Below are positions 24,055 through 36,270 of a DNA stretch of 64,000 bases, one piece after another. Source of the stretch: Mobula birostris (lineage: Eukaryota); assembly GCF_030028105.1 (NCBI RefSeq), contig NC_092398.1:29048424-29112423 (forward strand), given 5' to 3'. Position numbers and translations under genes: made by a program. Each line of letters starts with the position of its first letter. Position 1 is the stretch's first letter. Under the pieces are notes generated by a model, which saw only the letters and a list, made by a program, of their open reading frames with translations, ran no database searches and had not been told where the DNA came from.

Positions 24055-24253
24055 GGCCAATTTATACTCCTAGGTCGAATCTACGCCGTGGGTGCATCAT
24101 AGCCGCGTACCCTACTTATGGGGTATACCTTATACCTGGTAGACGGGCTAGACAAATGTTACCAGAGGAGCGGTGAATATCCCACTGCATTTGCATCCCG
24201 TTTGTAGACGGTGTTCCAGGCGGTGTATGGAACAGCATTTAGGACCAGAGGCC
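24055..24253. mobile_element. Short non-autonomous DNA transposon with TTAA TSD (Kolobok-like GG..CC termini)
   Basis: TTAA|GGCCAATTTATACT ... GAGGCC|TTAA. Confidence 0.55.
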
Positions 24254-24257
24254 TTAA

Positions 24258-25706
24258 ATAGATGGTTGAGAACACCAGTGTCTCACAGTACTGATGTATC
24301 TAAAAAGGCACTGGAAATGTTTGATCCTTCCAAACCCACACATACTGGGGCATGGGCACTGAGGAAAATGAGTAGAGCATGGGAAAGGAAGATACGCAGA
24401 CCAGCTAAACTCTCTGATGGGAAATTGATGCCTATTAAAAGTCAGGCAACTATTGGAATTGCAGGTAGTGGGTTAGGTTATGTATCAGGGTCAACATCCT
24501 AGATATAACAGAATTAGAAAACCAGATACAGCAGAAAACAAGAGATATTACTGGAGAAAATTATCAAGATCAGGTATAAACTAATCAGATTGGTTGAGGT
24601 GCATCCCAGGTAACTCTGGATGTGGTTAAATTTCAATACATCTGATTATTGACCACATCGACCTCATGTCTAAGGAAATGAATAAAACTGAGATCTGTGC
24701 TACGTTTGCTAGTTGTTTGCTTACCATGATTGGCACTAATTTATCGCAACTTTATGCACATCAAGTACCTAATTGGGTCTCAGATGATTATCTAAAAGAA
24801 TGGGTCAGAGAAAGGGTTTCATTGTCTCATATACGGAGTCATACAATACCCAGCAGAGTACTGGGTACCTGTGATGATGGTAGAGGAAGGTTTTATATCA
24901 GAGTAGTATTCCACATTCTCTGACATGGAAATAATTCACCCTACCCTTTGAAAAGGGTTCACAGTATTGGTAAATATCATGAGAATAGAAGATATCCCCA
25001 ACTAACCCACCAACACATGCTATTATTATGAATAGAACTGGGAAAGGGATAGATTATCAAGATGCCATCAGGCCCATTGGTCTTGTTCAAAAGAAACTAC
25101 AAAGTAGAAGCTTACAAACTGTGGTTTCAGTACTTATGAAAATTGTTCATTGTCTATTTTACCTGTGAATAATCAGTCTATTTACAATATGACTGGTGGG
25201 ACAGACATACTATAGAGGAACAGAGGCCACAAGTTATACCAAGGGATGGAAACAATGCCCTTTGGAAAGTCACGATTTCGCCATAGGGAATGTGTCTTTA
25301 GATCAGGCCATTGGAGAATGAACTTTGCCTCAGCCAGCAGGAGACACAGTAATGAAAGAGAATTTCAAGATCCGACGCTCTGATACGAATGATTTAAGTT
25401 GTTAGTGAACTGCCACCTATTCCTCACTTGACTGCAGACTGGACATGTGTTGTGGAGAAGGCAAAGTAGATAATCCATCAATGGACTGAGCTCACTAAAG
25501 TAATTAAAACACATGCTGGTAAGGCATGTGAAATATTGAGTGACCCAGACTTTTAGTGTAAGTTTTGCAATTGGGGAACAAATGTTCAAGCACATCCGTG
25601 GGTGAGGGTAGTATCACATGGTGCTGTAATACTAATTTTATGTACCCTGATAATTGTATTGCTCAATGTATATCAACTGAGAAGATGGAAGGCTGAAATA
25701 ATGTAA
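24258..25706 (+). mobile_element. Degraded class I fusion (F-type, lokiretrovirus-like) env gene
   Basis: In order: basic RKIRR, fusion peptide ATIGIAGSGLGYVSG, heptad VNILDITELENQIQQK, helix/Cys ICATFASCLLTMIGTNLSQLYAHQVPNWVS, YPLKRVHSIG, Cys cluster RCHQAHWSC..NCGFSTYENC, TM HPWVRVVSHGAVILILCTLIIVLLNVYQLRRWK ending in TAA at 25706. Several frameshifts and stops. Confidence 0.7.
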
Positions 25707-28199
25707 CAAAGTCGAAAAAATAGAGGATAATACTTTCACGAAACAGCACAAATGATTGTCAGTATAAACTGGGTGAATTTAGTAAGTAACTGCTAATATT
25801 ATTTATAGAATGTGAGTATTGCACACCTATTGGGGTTCCATGGCAGTCCTATGGGCAGTCAACTGAATGAGAGGAGGATAATGATTCTGAGAAATATTTC
25901 TGGATCAAGAGGAGGGAGATGTTGGCCAGAAGAAACTACAATCTGCAATTAGTGGATTTAATGAATCAAGAACAGGGGAAGCAGGCAGTCTTTGGTTCTC
26001 TCAATTTTGTAGACTTTGAACTGATTCTTGCTCCGGGATACCCTAATCAGAGCAACTGAAAGTGGACACAGCAGCTTCGGGTGATAACCTGCTAAACCTA
26101 AGACCATTCTCAGACGAGTAGCTACTTATTATGGAAAGTGCCTGACCTACCAAAGAAGCAACCTATAATCTCGTTAGAGTCTATCTGGGTCACCTCATTA
26201 AACTGGTTTGGACCAGTCAGAGTTGAAAGACACATACACACAAGGGTGAGATGGGCAGAACCATGAAACAATGTTGGTTGTAGCCCTGGACTAGAACCAG
26301 TATGAAAGTGACACAGGTAGGTCAGGTGAGCTTGAGTCAATGGGATGGAGATCCACCAGTTCAATTAATGCGGAACACTATAAGAGCCAGGAGCTCTAAA
26401 TATGTCGGGGCAATAACTCTCCAGCTACCAGACACCAACCATCATGGATAAGGAGAATCCCATGGACACGTGGAAATCGGAACCACGAAGGACGCCTCGG
26501 CAGTGTAGCCCCCTTTCCCTGGGTAATATCTTTTCTTTTCATGTGCTGTTCATGGGGGGGGGCATCAGGGATTCTAGTGGGGTCCACACAGGTAGTTAGT
26601 TTGTGAATCCATGTGCTTTTAAGATGAGACATTAAAGGTTACTTGTCAGTAATTACAGGTACTCTGTGCCCCACTGATCAATATTACAAAGGGTGATTCT
26701 TGTAATAGGTTCATGGTTAAAAAAGGTGTCAAAGGTTATAGGACAAGGATGGAGAATTGGGTAGAGAAGGAAAATAGAAGAGCCACTACTGAATGGCAAA
26801 ATAGAATCGACGGACTGAAAAACGTAACACTACTCTTATGGCTTATGGTCTCTTTTGGCATATGTTAGTTGCCAGAAGAGACCATAAAACACAGGAGTAG
26901 TGTTAGGCCTTTTGACCCATCTATTATGTTCTGGCTTTCCCTCTCTGCTCCATTCTCTAGTCTTGCCCTGTAACCTTTGACATCCTTACCAACCAAGAAT
27001 CTATCAACCTCCACTTTAAAGACATCCCTTCTCTCGATCTCCACAGCTGACTGTGGCAAATTCAGGAAACTTGGACAAGCTGAGAGGGCGCCATGGTTTG
27101 CATGGATTGGCTGGGCCAAAAGGCCTGTATCCATGCTGGATTGCTCTTTGACTCTTCAAGACTCAATGATACAAGTTAGAAGCTGTCCAGGACAGTAGTA
27201 ACAGAAAGGCATGAGGAAGAAACATGGAAGGACAGGGAAGGGGCAGTGACAGAGAGAAAGACAGACAAAGGGAGATACAGAGAGGGAGGGAGATGAAGGG
27301 TGAAAGAGAGAGAGGGAGAGAGAGAAGGGGGGAGACAGAGGAGGGAAGGAGAAGAGGCAGGTCGAGGATAGGAGGAGACGGGAGAAGCAGAGATAGAAAG
27401 GTTCAGGGAAACAGAGTGGGGGTGATGGGGGATATGGTGCAGGGGGAAGACAGAAGAAGAGCAGCCGAGAAACAAAGACCATACCCCAATTTAAAACCCT
27501 AACCCCCATTACTAACCCTACACCCCTAGTCGCTGATCTAGTCCTAACTTTTACCTCATCTCCAGTCGTCATGTTACTCTTTACATGTTATAAATTTCTG
27601 GTAACGTTCAGGATTTAGTTTAGAGGCTTAGAGTTAGTTCCAGTGCATCTTTTCTGCGACAAGGGGCCCAGAAGTTCCCACAATACTCTCACCAATGCCT
27701 TAAAAAGCCTCAGCATGACATTGTTGCTTTTATATTCTAGTCCACGTGAAATGAGAGTCTCCCTCGCTGTATCTCCCTCACCTCCTGACATTTCTACTCA
27801 AGCCACTGACTTCCCTCCAGTAGGGAATGGGAGGTCTCAGCTCACCCCTACTGACTGAATTCTGCTACTCACCTAAGCCTTTGTTTGGTTCCTCTGGTAG
27901 AAGAAACCACCGTGTGAATATTGAATGCTGTTGACTAGACTGGAAAAAATGGAAGTGAATTACTTTCTTGCCCTGTAAGGTGCATTCAGAACCCAGGATG
28001 GTGCGATGGGAAGAGGTCAGAGTATTGTGAGCGGTTTTGGGCCCTTTACCTGAGAAAAGATTTGCTGGCATTGGAGGGAGTCTACCGACGTTCATGAGAC
28101 TGATTGCTGGAATGAAAGAATTAACTTATGATGAGCGTTTGATTTTTCTGGGCCTGTACATATCCGAGTTCAAAAAACATGTACGAGTTCAGAAAATAT

Positions 28200-29777
28200 A
28201 TACAACATTTCAAGGGGAAAAGAATGCCATGCCCGATTGTCTCTCACGGCGAGCCACTGAGGCCATACACAGCGGGGTTGATCATGCCTGCGTGTGACCA
28301 AGTTACTGACCAGGCTTACTGAACAGCAGTCATGGACCTGCGGTGGCTGACATTAAGTCCGGGAAGGATGGGGTTTCTCTGCTGCGTGATGTTTTAACCA
28401 GTCGCCCTCGCTCCATTGTGCCCACAAACTGAACACGGACTGATTTTGACTCCATACATGGCCTCTCGCATCCGGATCGGAAGGCCTCCTATAAATTGGT
28501 TGCACTACAGTTTGTTTGGCACCGCCTCATAAAAGACGTGTATGATAGGACCGCAGTTCGTGTGGAGTGCCAGCGGGAAAAATTAACCATCATGCTTAGG
28601 CGCGATTGACACCTTCTGAGGTCCCTGAGCGACGGTGTGACCATGTCAATGAGGACTTTGTTGGTCATCTACCCCCTCCTGCGGGTTCACGCACCTTCTT
28701 ACCATGGTGGACCACCAGGTGGCCAGAGGTCGTCCCTCTAGAACCGACAATGGCCGCGGACGTGTCCTGGACATTAATCAGCACCTAGGTTGCTTGGTTT
28801 TGCACCCCATCTGATATCTCCTTTGATCGCCATCCCCATTTCATTTCAGGGCTCAGAGCTGCGATGGCCCAAAACATCGGCTTTAGGATACATCATACCA
28901 CGGCGTATCACCCACAATCCAATGGCCTTTGTGAGTGGGTTCACCGTCCTTAAAGGGTGCTCTAAGGGTTTCCCTGGCCGATGATTGTTGGCATGATCGG
29001 TTTTCATGGGTCCTCCTGGGACTCAGAACTGCTCCAAAGGAGGAACCGCGGTCATCTGCGGCTGAGCTGGTATACGGCCAGACGTTAAGTGTGCCAGGTG
29101 ATTTCATTCCTCACGGCATGACCCTCTGGAAGGCCTCTCAACAGTAAATTCAATTCCTTTTCACCTTGTCCTAACTCCTATCAAGGCATACAGCACTCTT
29201 GGGTACCTGTTGACCTGCATTCCCCTTCGTTTGTTTTCGTCCCTCATGACGCACACCAACATCCCCTTAGGCCCCTTACAAAGGCTTCTTCCACGTTTTG
29301 GAGCCGGAAGAATATACTTTTATCATAGATAAGAGAGGTAAACCTGAAAGTTTTCGGACTTAAACCGGCCCAGCAAGGTTTGTAATATTCCCCAAGCATC
29401 GCAATATTACCATGAGCGTGTCAACACACTTCTGGACAAGCCAGATGCACCTGCTGTTCCTCCACCCATGGAACGCAGGACCTGAGCCGGGCGGTTCGTC
29501 TGACCTCCAGACAGGTTTACAATGCCGGTTTTAGCGAATACTGGGGGACTGGAGGTGGTGGTGGTTGCGGGGAGGAGTTTCTGTGCAGGGTATTGTGATT
29601 GGGAGAAATACCCAGTGAGTTGAGGTTTCACTTTAAGAGGCTGGCCTGACGTGATGGCGCTGTTAAGTAACAGGGTTTTAGTGCCGTTTTATTGTGTAGG
29701 TCTTGGAGTTCAAAAAAATGTTACGGGTTTCGTTGCATCTAAAACTCCTCACTTTGTTGTATTTGCAGAAACCTACA
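28200..29777 (+). mobile_element. Ty3/Gypsy LTR retrotransposon 3' remnant (integrase + 3' LTR)
   Basis: Decayed integrase DFVGHLP...TRWPEVVPL and WVLLGLRTAPKEE..SSAAELVYGQTLSVPGDF, a G-rich PPT region near 29545, and an LTR-like ~200 bp ending CCTACA. Confidence 0.85.
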
Positions 29778-30649
29778 AGGGAAAGGCAGTATAGGATAGG
29801 ACTTTAGTCTGTGGAGTGCAGGAGCATGAGGGAAAATTTGATAGATTTATAAATTATGAGTGGCATGTTTAAGGTAAATACAAGCCTTTTCCCATTGAAG
29901 TTGGGTGACTTAAACTAGAGGTCATGGGTCATGGGTTAGGGGTGAAAGGTGAAATGTTTAAGGGGAATTTCTTCACTCAGAGACTGGTGCCAGTGTGGAA
30001 CGAATAGACAGTGGAAATGGTGGATGTAGGTTTCAATTCAAGATTTAACAGCGTTTAATTCAATATTTGCATTGGGTACATTTACTATAAACGTAGAATT
30101 TTCAGTCCTCCGTGATATCAGGATATCACTGCCAGTTCCTCTGCTGACGAAAAACCTGGATGTGATGTTTCCTGTGAGTCTAGGGGCGAGGGGTATAGCT
30201 TCAGAATGCAGGGATGTCCCTGTAGAACAGAGATGACGATGATTTTCTTTAGCCAGCTGCTGGTGCATCTGTGAAATTCATTGCCACCTGGGTTAACATA
30301 ACATCCAGGCAAGTTTAGATTGCAAATAGAGTGCAGACGGCCCAGGCATAAAAAAAAGGTATTTGAAGAAAAGTTCCCTTTGAAAACCAGGAGTCTGGAA
30401 GTGTGATCAGTGATCCAAGACACACACCAACTAAGGGACAAATGTTTACGAGCTTGAAAGTATCATCTATTGCTAGATTGTAGTTTCTAATGACTTTTAT
30501 CACCTATATTGTTAATAGCAATTGTTCTTGCACATAGGGGGGGTTCAAACATACATAGTTTATCGAATGGTCAATATCCGTAACAGTGAGTCAATTCTGT
30601 ATAAAAACGTGAGAGAGAGAGAGAGAGAGTACATCGTCTCAATCCCAAC

Positions 30650-31200
30650 CCCTGTACTTGACACAAACCATAATCCTAAATACGCTGAATCCATTCCTAA
30701 TTAACCTTAATTCCTAAATATCAATTGCTCATAAACACAAGTTTCAACCCATAACTGTCACACCAATCCCTAAGCACTAACCTTGCTCTCCATTAAAGCC
30801 TGACTTGTAAAACTAACCATAATCCCTAACACTAAACAGTTCCTGACCTGTGGAAATAATTCATGTCTAACTCTAAATCATTACTCATACCTCAGTTTAA
30901 CAGTAAACCACATCACTAACCCTAAGCCTTTGTTCCCTGATCCAGAAGCTCAATTCCTGACCCTGATCCGGACCCTTATCTTACCTCTGGTCCAGTCGTC
31001 ATGTTACTCCTTACATCTATTATAAATTTGGGGTATTAGTTTAGGGATTAGGATTAATGTTATAACTTTAGGGTATAGTTCAGGATTTAGTTTAGTGTTT
31101 GGGGCTGGTATTGAAAATTTGAGGTATATTTGAAGATTTAGTTTCAGGATTGGGGTTAATGTTATAAATTTGGGGTATAGTTCAGGATTTCGTCGTTAGG
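30650..31200. repeat. Degenerate telomere-like inverted arms (CCTAA-rich left, TTAGGG-rich right) around a conserved core; related copies at 27480-27640 and 31690-31800
   Basis: TAACCCTAA-like words on the left and TTTAGGG/TTGGGG-like words on the right. Core TCCAGTCGTCATGTTACTC is shared with ~27560. Confidence 0.65.
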
Positions 31201-31453
31201 TCGCATCTGGAATTTCCAGTTGGCGAATGATTTCCCTCTACGCCGCTCTGACATATTGAAATCATGTTCGTGGCAGGTTACTGCAATGGTTTGTCTTTGC
31301 CTTCTGCCGGATGAGTTTAAAGAGATCACCGCCTCTTGCAGTGGATGACCAGGACGTCTAAGTGCCTTGTCGTGCTCTTAGCGCTCCACCACGCCTGCTG
31401 GCCTGCTTTCTTGACCGTTGGACTATTAATTCGTCTCTTCCGCTCAATCCGCC

Positions 31454-31604
31454 ATGGCCAGACTTCACACGCTGGGACAGGCAGATCACCTACCTCACCG
31501 AGGGTCAAAGACCCGTCGGCTACCGTCACCTGGTTTGGCCCGTCTGCCGAGACGGTTCACCGGGGTGTGGCCGCTGCGCGTGTTACAGCTACTTGGAGCC
31601 ACAG
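31454..31604 (+). other. Orphan putative first exon (CpG-rich, Kozak ATG, phase-1 donor)
   Basis: CCGCC-ATG-G, 50 open codons MARLHTLG...GVWPLRVLQLLGAT-G, then ACAG|GTGAGA. No downstream exon recognised. Confidence 0.3.
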
Positions 31605-34128
31605 GTGAGAGCTGAGCGCCAGGTGGGGACCAAAGGTGGACGAGCTGTCCTAAAAAGGGCACGGCAGCCCCCCCCCCCCCCACCAGAGCTGCTACCCCTC
31701 CCTAGACACCACATACACCCCAGTTCAGTATTTAGTTTAGGGATTGGGGTTTATGTTATATAGTTGGGATGCAGTTCAGGATTTATGATTCCAACACATC
31801 CTTTCTTCGATAAATGGCCCCAAACTCCGCATTACCCCTTTATTTTATGTTCTAGTCCTCTAGAAATGAGAGCGTCCGTCACTGGTCCTCCCTCTCTCAT
31901 TTCTACTCAAGCCACTGACTTCCCTTCAGCAGACTGGGGGCTGCCCCAGTGACAGGAATGGGCATCGCGAGGTCTCTGGTCACTCCCGCCAACTGAATGC
32001 AGCCACTGATCACAGTCTGCGTTTGGTTCATCCAGCGCAGAGGAGACCACAGAGTGAACACCGAATACAGTGGACTAGTTACTCCACCTGGGCTATATTT
32101 CAATAGGAGCTATATCACATCAGGATCTGATTTCATCAGCGGCTATATTTCATCACAAGTTTGAGGACATTTGGTCTGTCACCGAAAACACTCGGAAACC
32201 TCTACAGATGCACCGTGGAGAGCTTTCTGACTGGCTGCGCTACTGTCTGATATGGAGAAGGGGGCTACTGCACAGGATTGAAGTAAACTGCAGAGGATTA
32301 TAAAATTAGTCAGCTCCATCACGTGTACCAGCCTCTGTAGAATCCAAGGCATCTTCAAGGAGCGGTACCTCAAAAAGTGGCTTCTATCATCAAGGACCCC
32401 CACCACCCAGGACACGCCCTCTTTTCACTGTTACCGTCAGGAAGGAGATACAGGAGCCTGAAGGCACGTACTCAGCGATTCAGGGGCAGCTTCTTCCCCA
32501 CCGCCATCCGATTTCTAAATGGACATTGAACCCATGAACACTACCTCAGCTCATTTTTGTATTGCATCGTACTGCTGCCTCAAAGTTATCAGAGTTCACG
32601 ACATACGCCGGCGATATTAAACCTGATTTTGATTCTGATTCTGGAAGGAGGGTTCAGGTCCTTGGATTGTGCAATGGAGGGAGTTTGGAGTATTGTCAAC
32701 AGTTTCGGGCCCCCTTTCAAAGAAAGAATATGCTGGCATTAGAGAAGCCCCAGGAGAAGTTCACAAGAATGGTAGGGTTAATTAATGAGGAGCGTTTAAT
32801 AGCTCTGGGCCCATATTCGCTGGAGATTAAAAGAATGAGAGGTGAATCTCATTGTAATTTACCGAATACTGAAAGGGCGTAGAGAGAGTGGACGTGGAAA
32901 GGATTTTTCCTGTAGCGAGCGAGTCTAGGATCGTAGGGCACAGCTTCAGAATAGCAGGACGTCCCTTTGATGAGGAGGAATTTCCAGAGGGTGAGGACTG
33001 TGTGGAAATCATTGCCACTAGGTCTGTGGAGTCAAGTCATTGATGGATTTAGAGCGGATGCTGAGAGGTTCTTCATAAGTAAGGTCATCAAAGGTTATGG
33101 GGAGGAGTCCGGACAACGGCGCCGAGAGGGTTACCATGGAATGGCGCAGCACACTCGATTGGAGAAATGGCGGAATTCTGCTCCTCTGTCTCATGATCCC
33201 TTGGAGGATGTTGTGTTTGAAGGGAAAGTGTCGGAAGAAGGACGGCGGGAGGTGGGACTGAACCAGGGAGTCACCAGCTGATTGTTCCCTATACAACCCC
33301 ATCGTGACATTATGGTGGGAAGAGAGCAGATCGAACCGAGGGCGTCGCCGGAACTCGAGGGACTGAGCTATAGAGGGAGTTGCGCAGGTGGGGTCGTTCC
33401 TTCTTGCGGCGGAGGAGAATATGGGGTAAACTTGTAGAGGTGCATAAAAGCATTCATAAGTTGTTTTACTATTGTCACATGTACCACGGTATAAAACAAG
33501 CTCGTCTTGCATAGCATTTGTGTAGATTAAATTATTACATGATACATTGAGGTACAACAAGGTAAAACAATAAAGGAATTCAGAACAAAATGCCATAGGA
33601 ACAGAGAATGCGCAGCGCAAGTACGCAATAAGGTGCAAGATAAGTGCAGATACGAAATAGCGAGTTGGGGTTGACAGTTGTCTCTGGGAATGACGGCTAG
33701 TGACTAGTGGTGTGCCACAGGGTTGGTTACAAATGCAACAGGCCTCATCACCAAGGTTGTGGATGACAAAATGATGTATTCTGGAAAGTCAAACCAATGC
33801 AGAACTTGTACAGTGAGAGGGGACAACTTGCAAGAGATTTATTATCATTTTTACCATTGGAGTCTGCCCACACTCTCTGCCCATTTCGCTGTTTTGTCGA
33901 CACAATATGCACCCTTGGATCACACACAAAATGCTGAAAGAACTCAGCAGGCCAGGCAGCACCTATGGATAAAAAGTACAGTTGATGTTTCGGGTCTCGG
34001 ACCAAAACGTCGACTGCACTATTTTCCATTGACGCTGCCTGCCCTGCTGAGTTTCTTCAGCATTTTGTGTGTGTAGCTTGGATTTCCAGCATCTGCAAAT
34101 TTTGATTGTACCATTGGATGCTTAGCTC

Positions 34129-35060
34129 TCAGCTCTGATTTTCTTTCAGCCACGACTCCGTGATGCCCACAGTTTCATACCTGCGAATCTCTAACTGCAC
34201 TACAAGATCATCGACCTTATAACGTATACTGCGTGCATTCAGATATAACACATTCAGGCCTGTATTGGTCACCCGTATCAATTTTGACTCGATGTTACCA
34301 GAAGTTAAATTCTTATCTCTTTCTAAATGGTTTGGCCTTCTGTATGCTGACGACTTGTGTAACCGCTCCTGCACTCTCCTTCACTTTTACTTGACCCTTA
34401 CTTTGCCATGACGTTTAACGCAACCCTCTACTATTTAGTTCATAATCCTATCCACTTCCCTAGTTAGGTGATTTGCCAGGACCCTGGTCCCGGCATGATT
34501 CAGGAGAAGCCCGTCCCATCTCCACAGCCCCCACCTTCCACAATACTGGTTCCAATGCCCCAGGAATTCAGCTGAGAGCGACACATTGAACTCTCTGATC
34601 TTATCACCCCAGTGCCAATTTGTAAGTGGCTCAGGGAAGAATCTAGTGCTTATTAACTTCTGGGTTCTGCATTTTAATTTAGTCCCAAGCTGCTCAAATT
34701 CACCCATCGGAACCCCTGTCCTTGTTCGTCCTGCGCTGTAGTTATCCAGCTGGACGACAACCACGAGATCTTTCCCCTTCCACTCCAAATTACTCCATAG
34801 GTCAGATGAGATGTTGCGTTCCCGGGCACCAGGCAGACAACGTAGCCTTCAGGGCTCTCAATGCTTGCGACAGGGAGGATCCCGAGCATACATCCCTACG
34901 GCCCCCCTTCCATCTTTACAAGGAGCAGGAAGTTCAGACCTGCTGGCAAGCTCAAGAGCTGAGACTCCCCCTGCACTACCTTTTGGATCCACTTACATTC
35001 CTCACTCACAATTAAACCTCGTGTCACTCGCCACATAAACAAATATGAAGTATTTAATCT
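34129..35060 (-). mobile_element. CR1 LINE fragment (ORF1 esterase end to ORF2 APE start)
   Basis: LNVLYLNARSIRYKVDDL...VGITESWL (APE) and FLGHWNQYCGRWGLWRWDGLLLNHAGTRVLAN (SGNH esterase). Confidence 0.85.
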
Positions 35061-35069
35061 AATGGGTGC

Positions 35070-35770
35070 AACTGTCTCCTGACACAATCCCACTGCCCCC
35101 ACAGATCTGTGTTAGGCCCCAAAATATTCCGACCGCACCACACTCTCCCGACAGCCCTGTATCAGTCCCTGAACTAATCCCACTGCCCAACTGCCTCCCC
35201 ACAGCTGTGTCTGTCTCTGAACTAATCTCACGACCTACTGTCTCGACACAGCTCTGGCTTAGTCCCCAACTGCACTACACTGTCCCACTCTCACCTACAG
35301 CCATGTGTCAGACCCTGAACTAATCCCACTGCCCCACTCTCACCACAATCCTTTGTCTGTTTCCAAACTAACCATACTAACTCTTTTAACACAGCTCTCT
35401 GCTTGTTCCTCAAGTAAACCCACTTCCCCACTCTCTCGCCGCAGCCCTGTGTCAGCCCACAAACAGACCACACTGTCCTGCTCTCTTCCCACAACCTGGT
35501 GTCAGCCCATCTACCCATCCCACCGCTTCACCCCCTAACCACAGCCCCGTTTCTGTCCCTGAACGAATCACCACTATCCCACTATTGCCACAGCCCCGTA
35601 CCAGTCTCCAAACGTACCACATTGCCCTGCTCAGTCTGCACAGACCCGAGTCACTTCATAGATGAATAACACTGCCCCACCCCTCCCCACGACCCTGTCT
35701 GTCCCTAAGCTGAACCCACTGACCCGCTCTCTCCCCCACAGCCCCGTCAGACCCCAAACTAATCCCACTG
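35070..35770. repeat. Degenerate C-rich tandem repeat, ~40-45 bp unit
   Basis: Recurrent CCCACTGCCCCACAGCCC(C/T)GT..TGTCCCTGAACTAAT. Confidence 0.75.
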
Positions 35771-36270
35771 CGGAGACTGTGGATATAGAAAGGCCAAGTG
35801 GCAGCGACAGAGGCGATAACCCAAATGGATCGAAAGAATTCTAAAGCCGGAGGCGCAGAAAAAGATTTGTGCGGTGGATGGTCCGGGTGGAAAGAAAGGA
35901 CGGAAAGAATGATACATGGGGAAGAATAAAGTCATTCAAACAAGATACGGAGCGGAGGTATTGAAAACTGGTAAAGCCTCTGTCCCCGACTCGGGAGCAG
36001 GAATCTAGCAGCTCGCTTGACTCCACCACTCTGCGTCCCATCTCAGTTCTTTTCCCCCTAGTGTGAACACTTCCACAGAAAGTCGGTCCCACAGCAATGC
36101 CGAGGATCAAAGATGCTGCCTGATAGGTTTCGAGCCAAAGAACCAAAAAGGTATCCTGTTTATTTTCAGCCGTTCTGTTTAATACAGACTGCAGGTCTGT
36201 TATCTTTAATTCTCGGAGGTAAAGTCATTGCACGACTTGTACACAGTTGAACATAACTACTTTGCTCTAT

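Noticed and set aside
26396-26680. Minus-strand integrase C-terminus (STWIHKLTTC) and env leader of a second ERV
   Set aside because: It needs frameshifts, no TM or immunosuppressive domain follows, and the plus-strand reading continuous with the adjacent provirus is more parsimonious.
27873-27939. 67-nt minus-strand micro-exon with good splice sites as a leader for the 20.6 kb exon
   Set aside because: No ATG or hydrophobic core, and no supporting homology.
33200-33430. CpG-containing island within the 206-aa ORF 33018-33638
   Set aside because: The ORF is a chimera of LINE fragments and a short unique stretch, and no recognisable domain was found.
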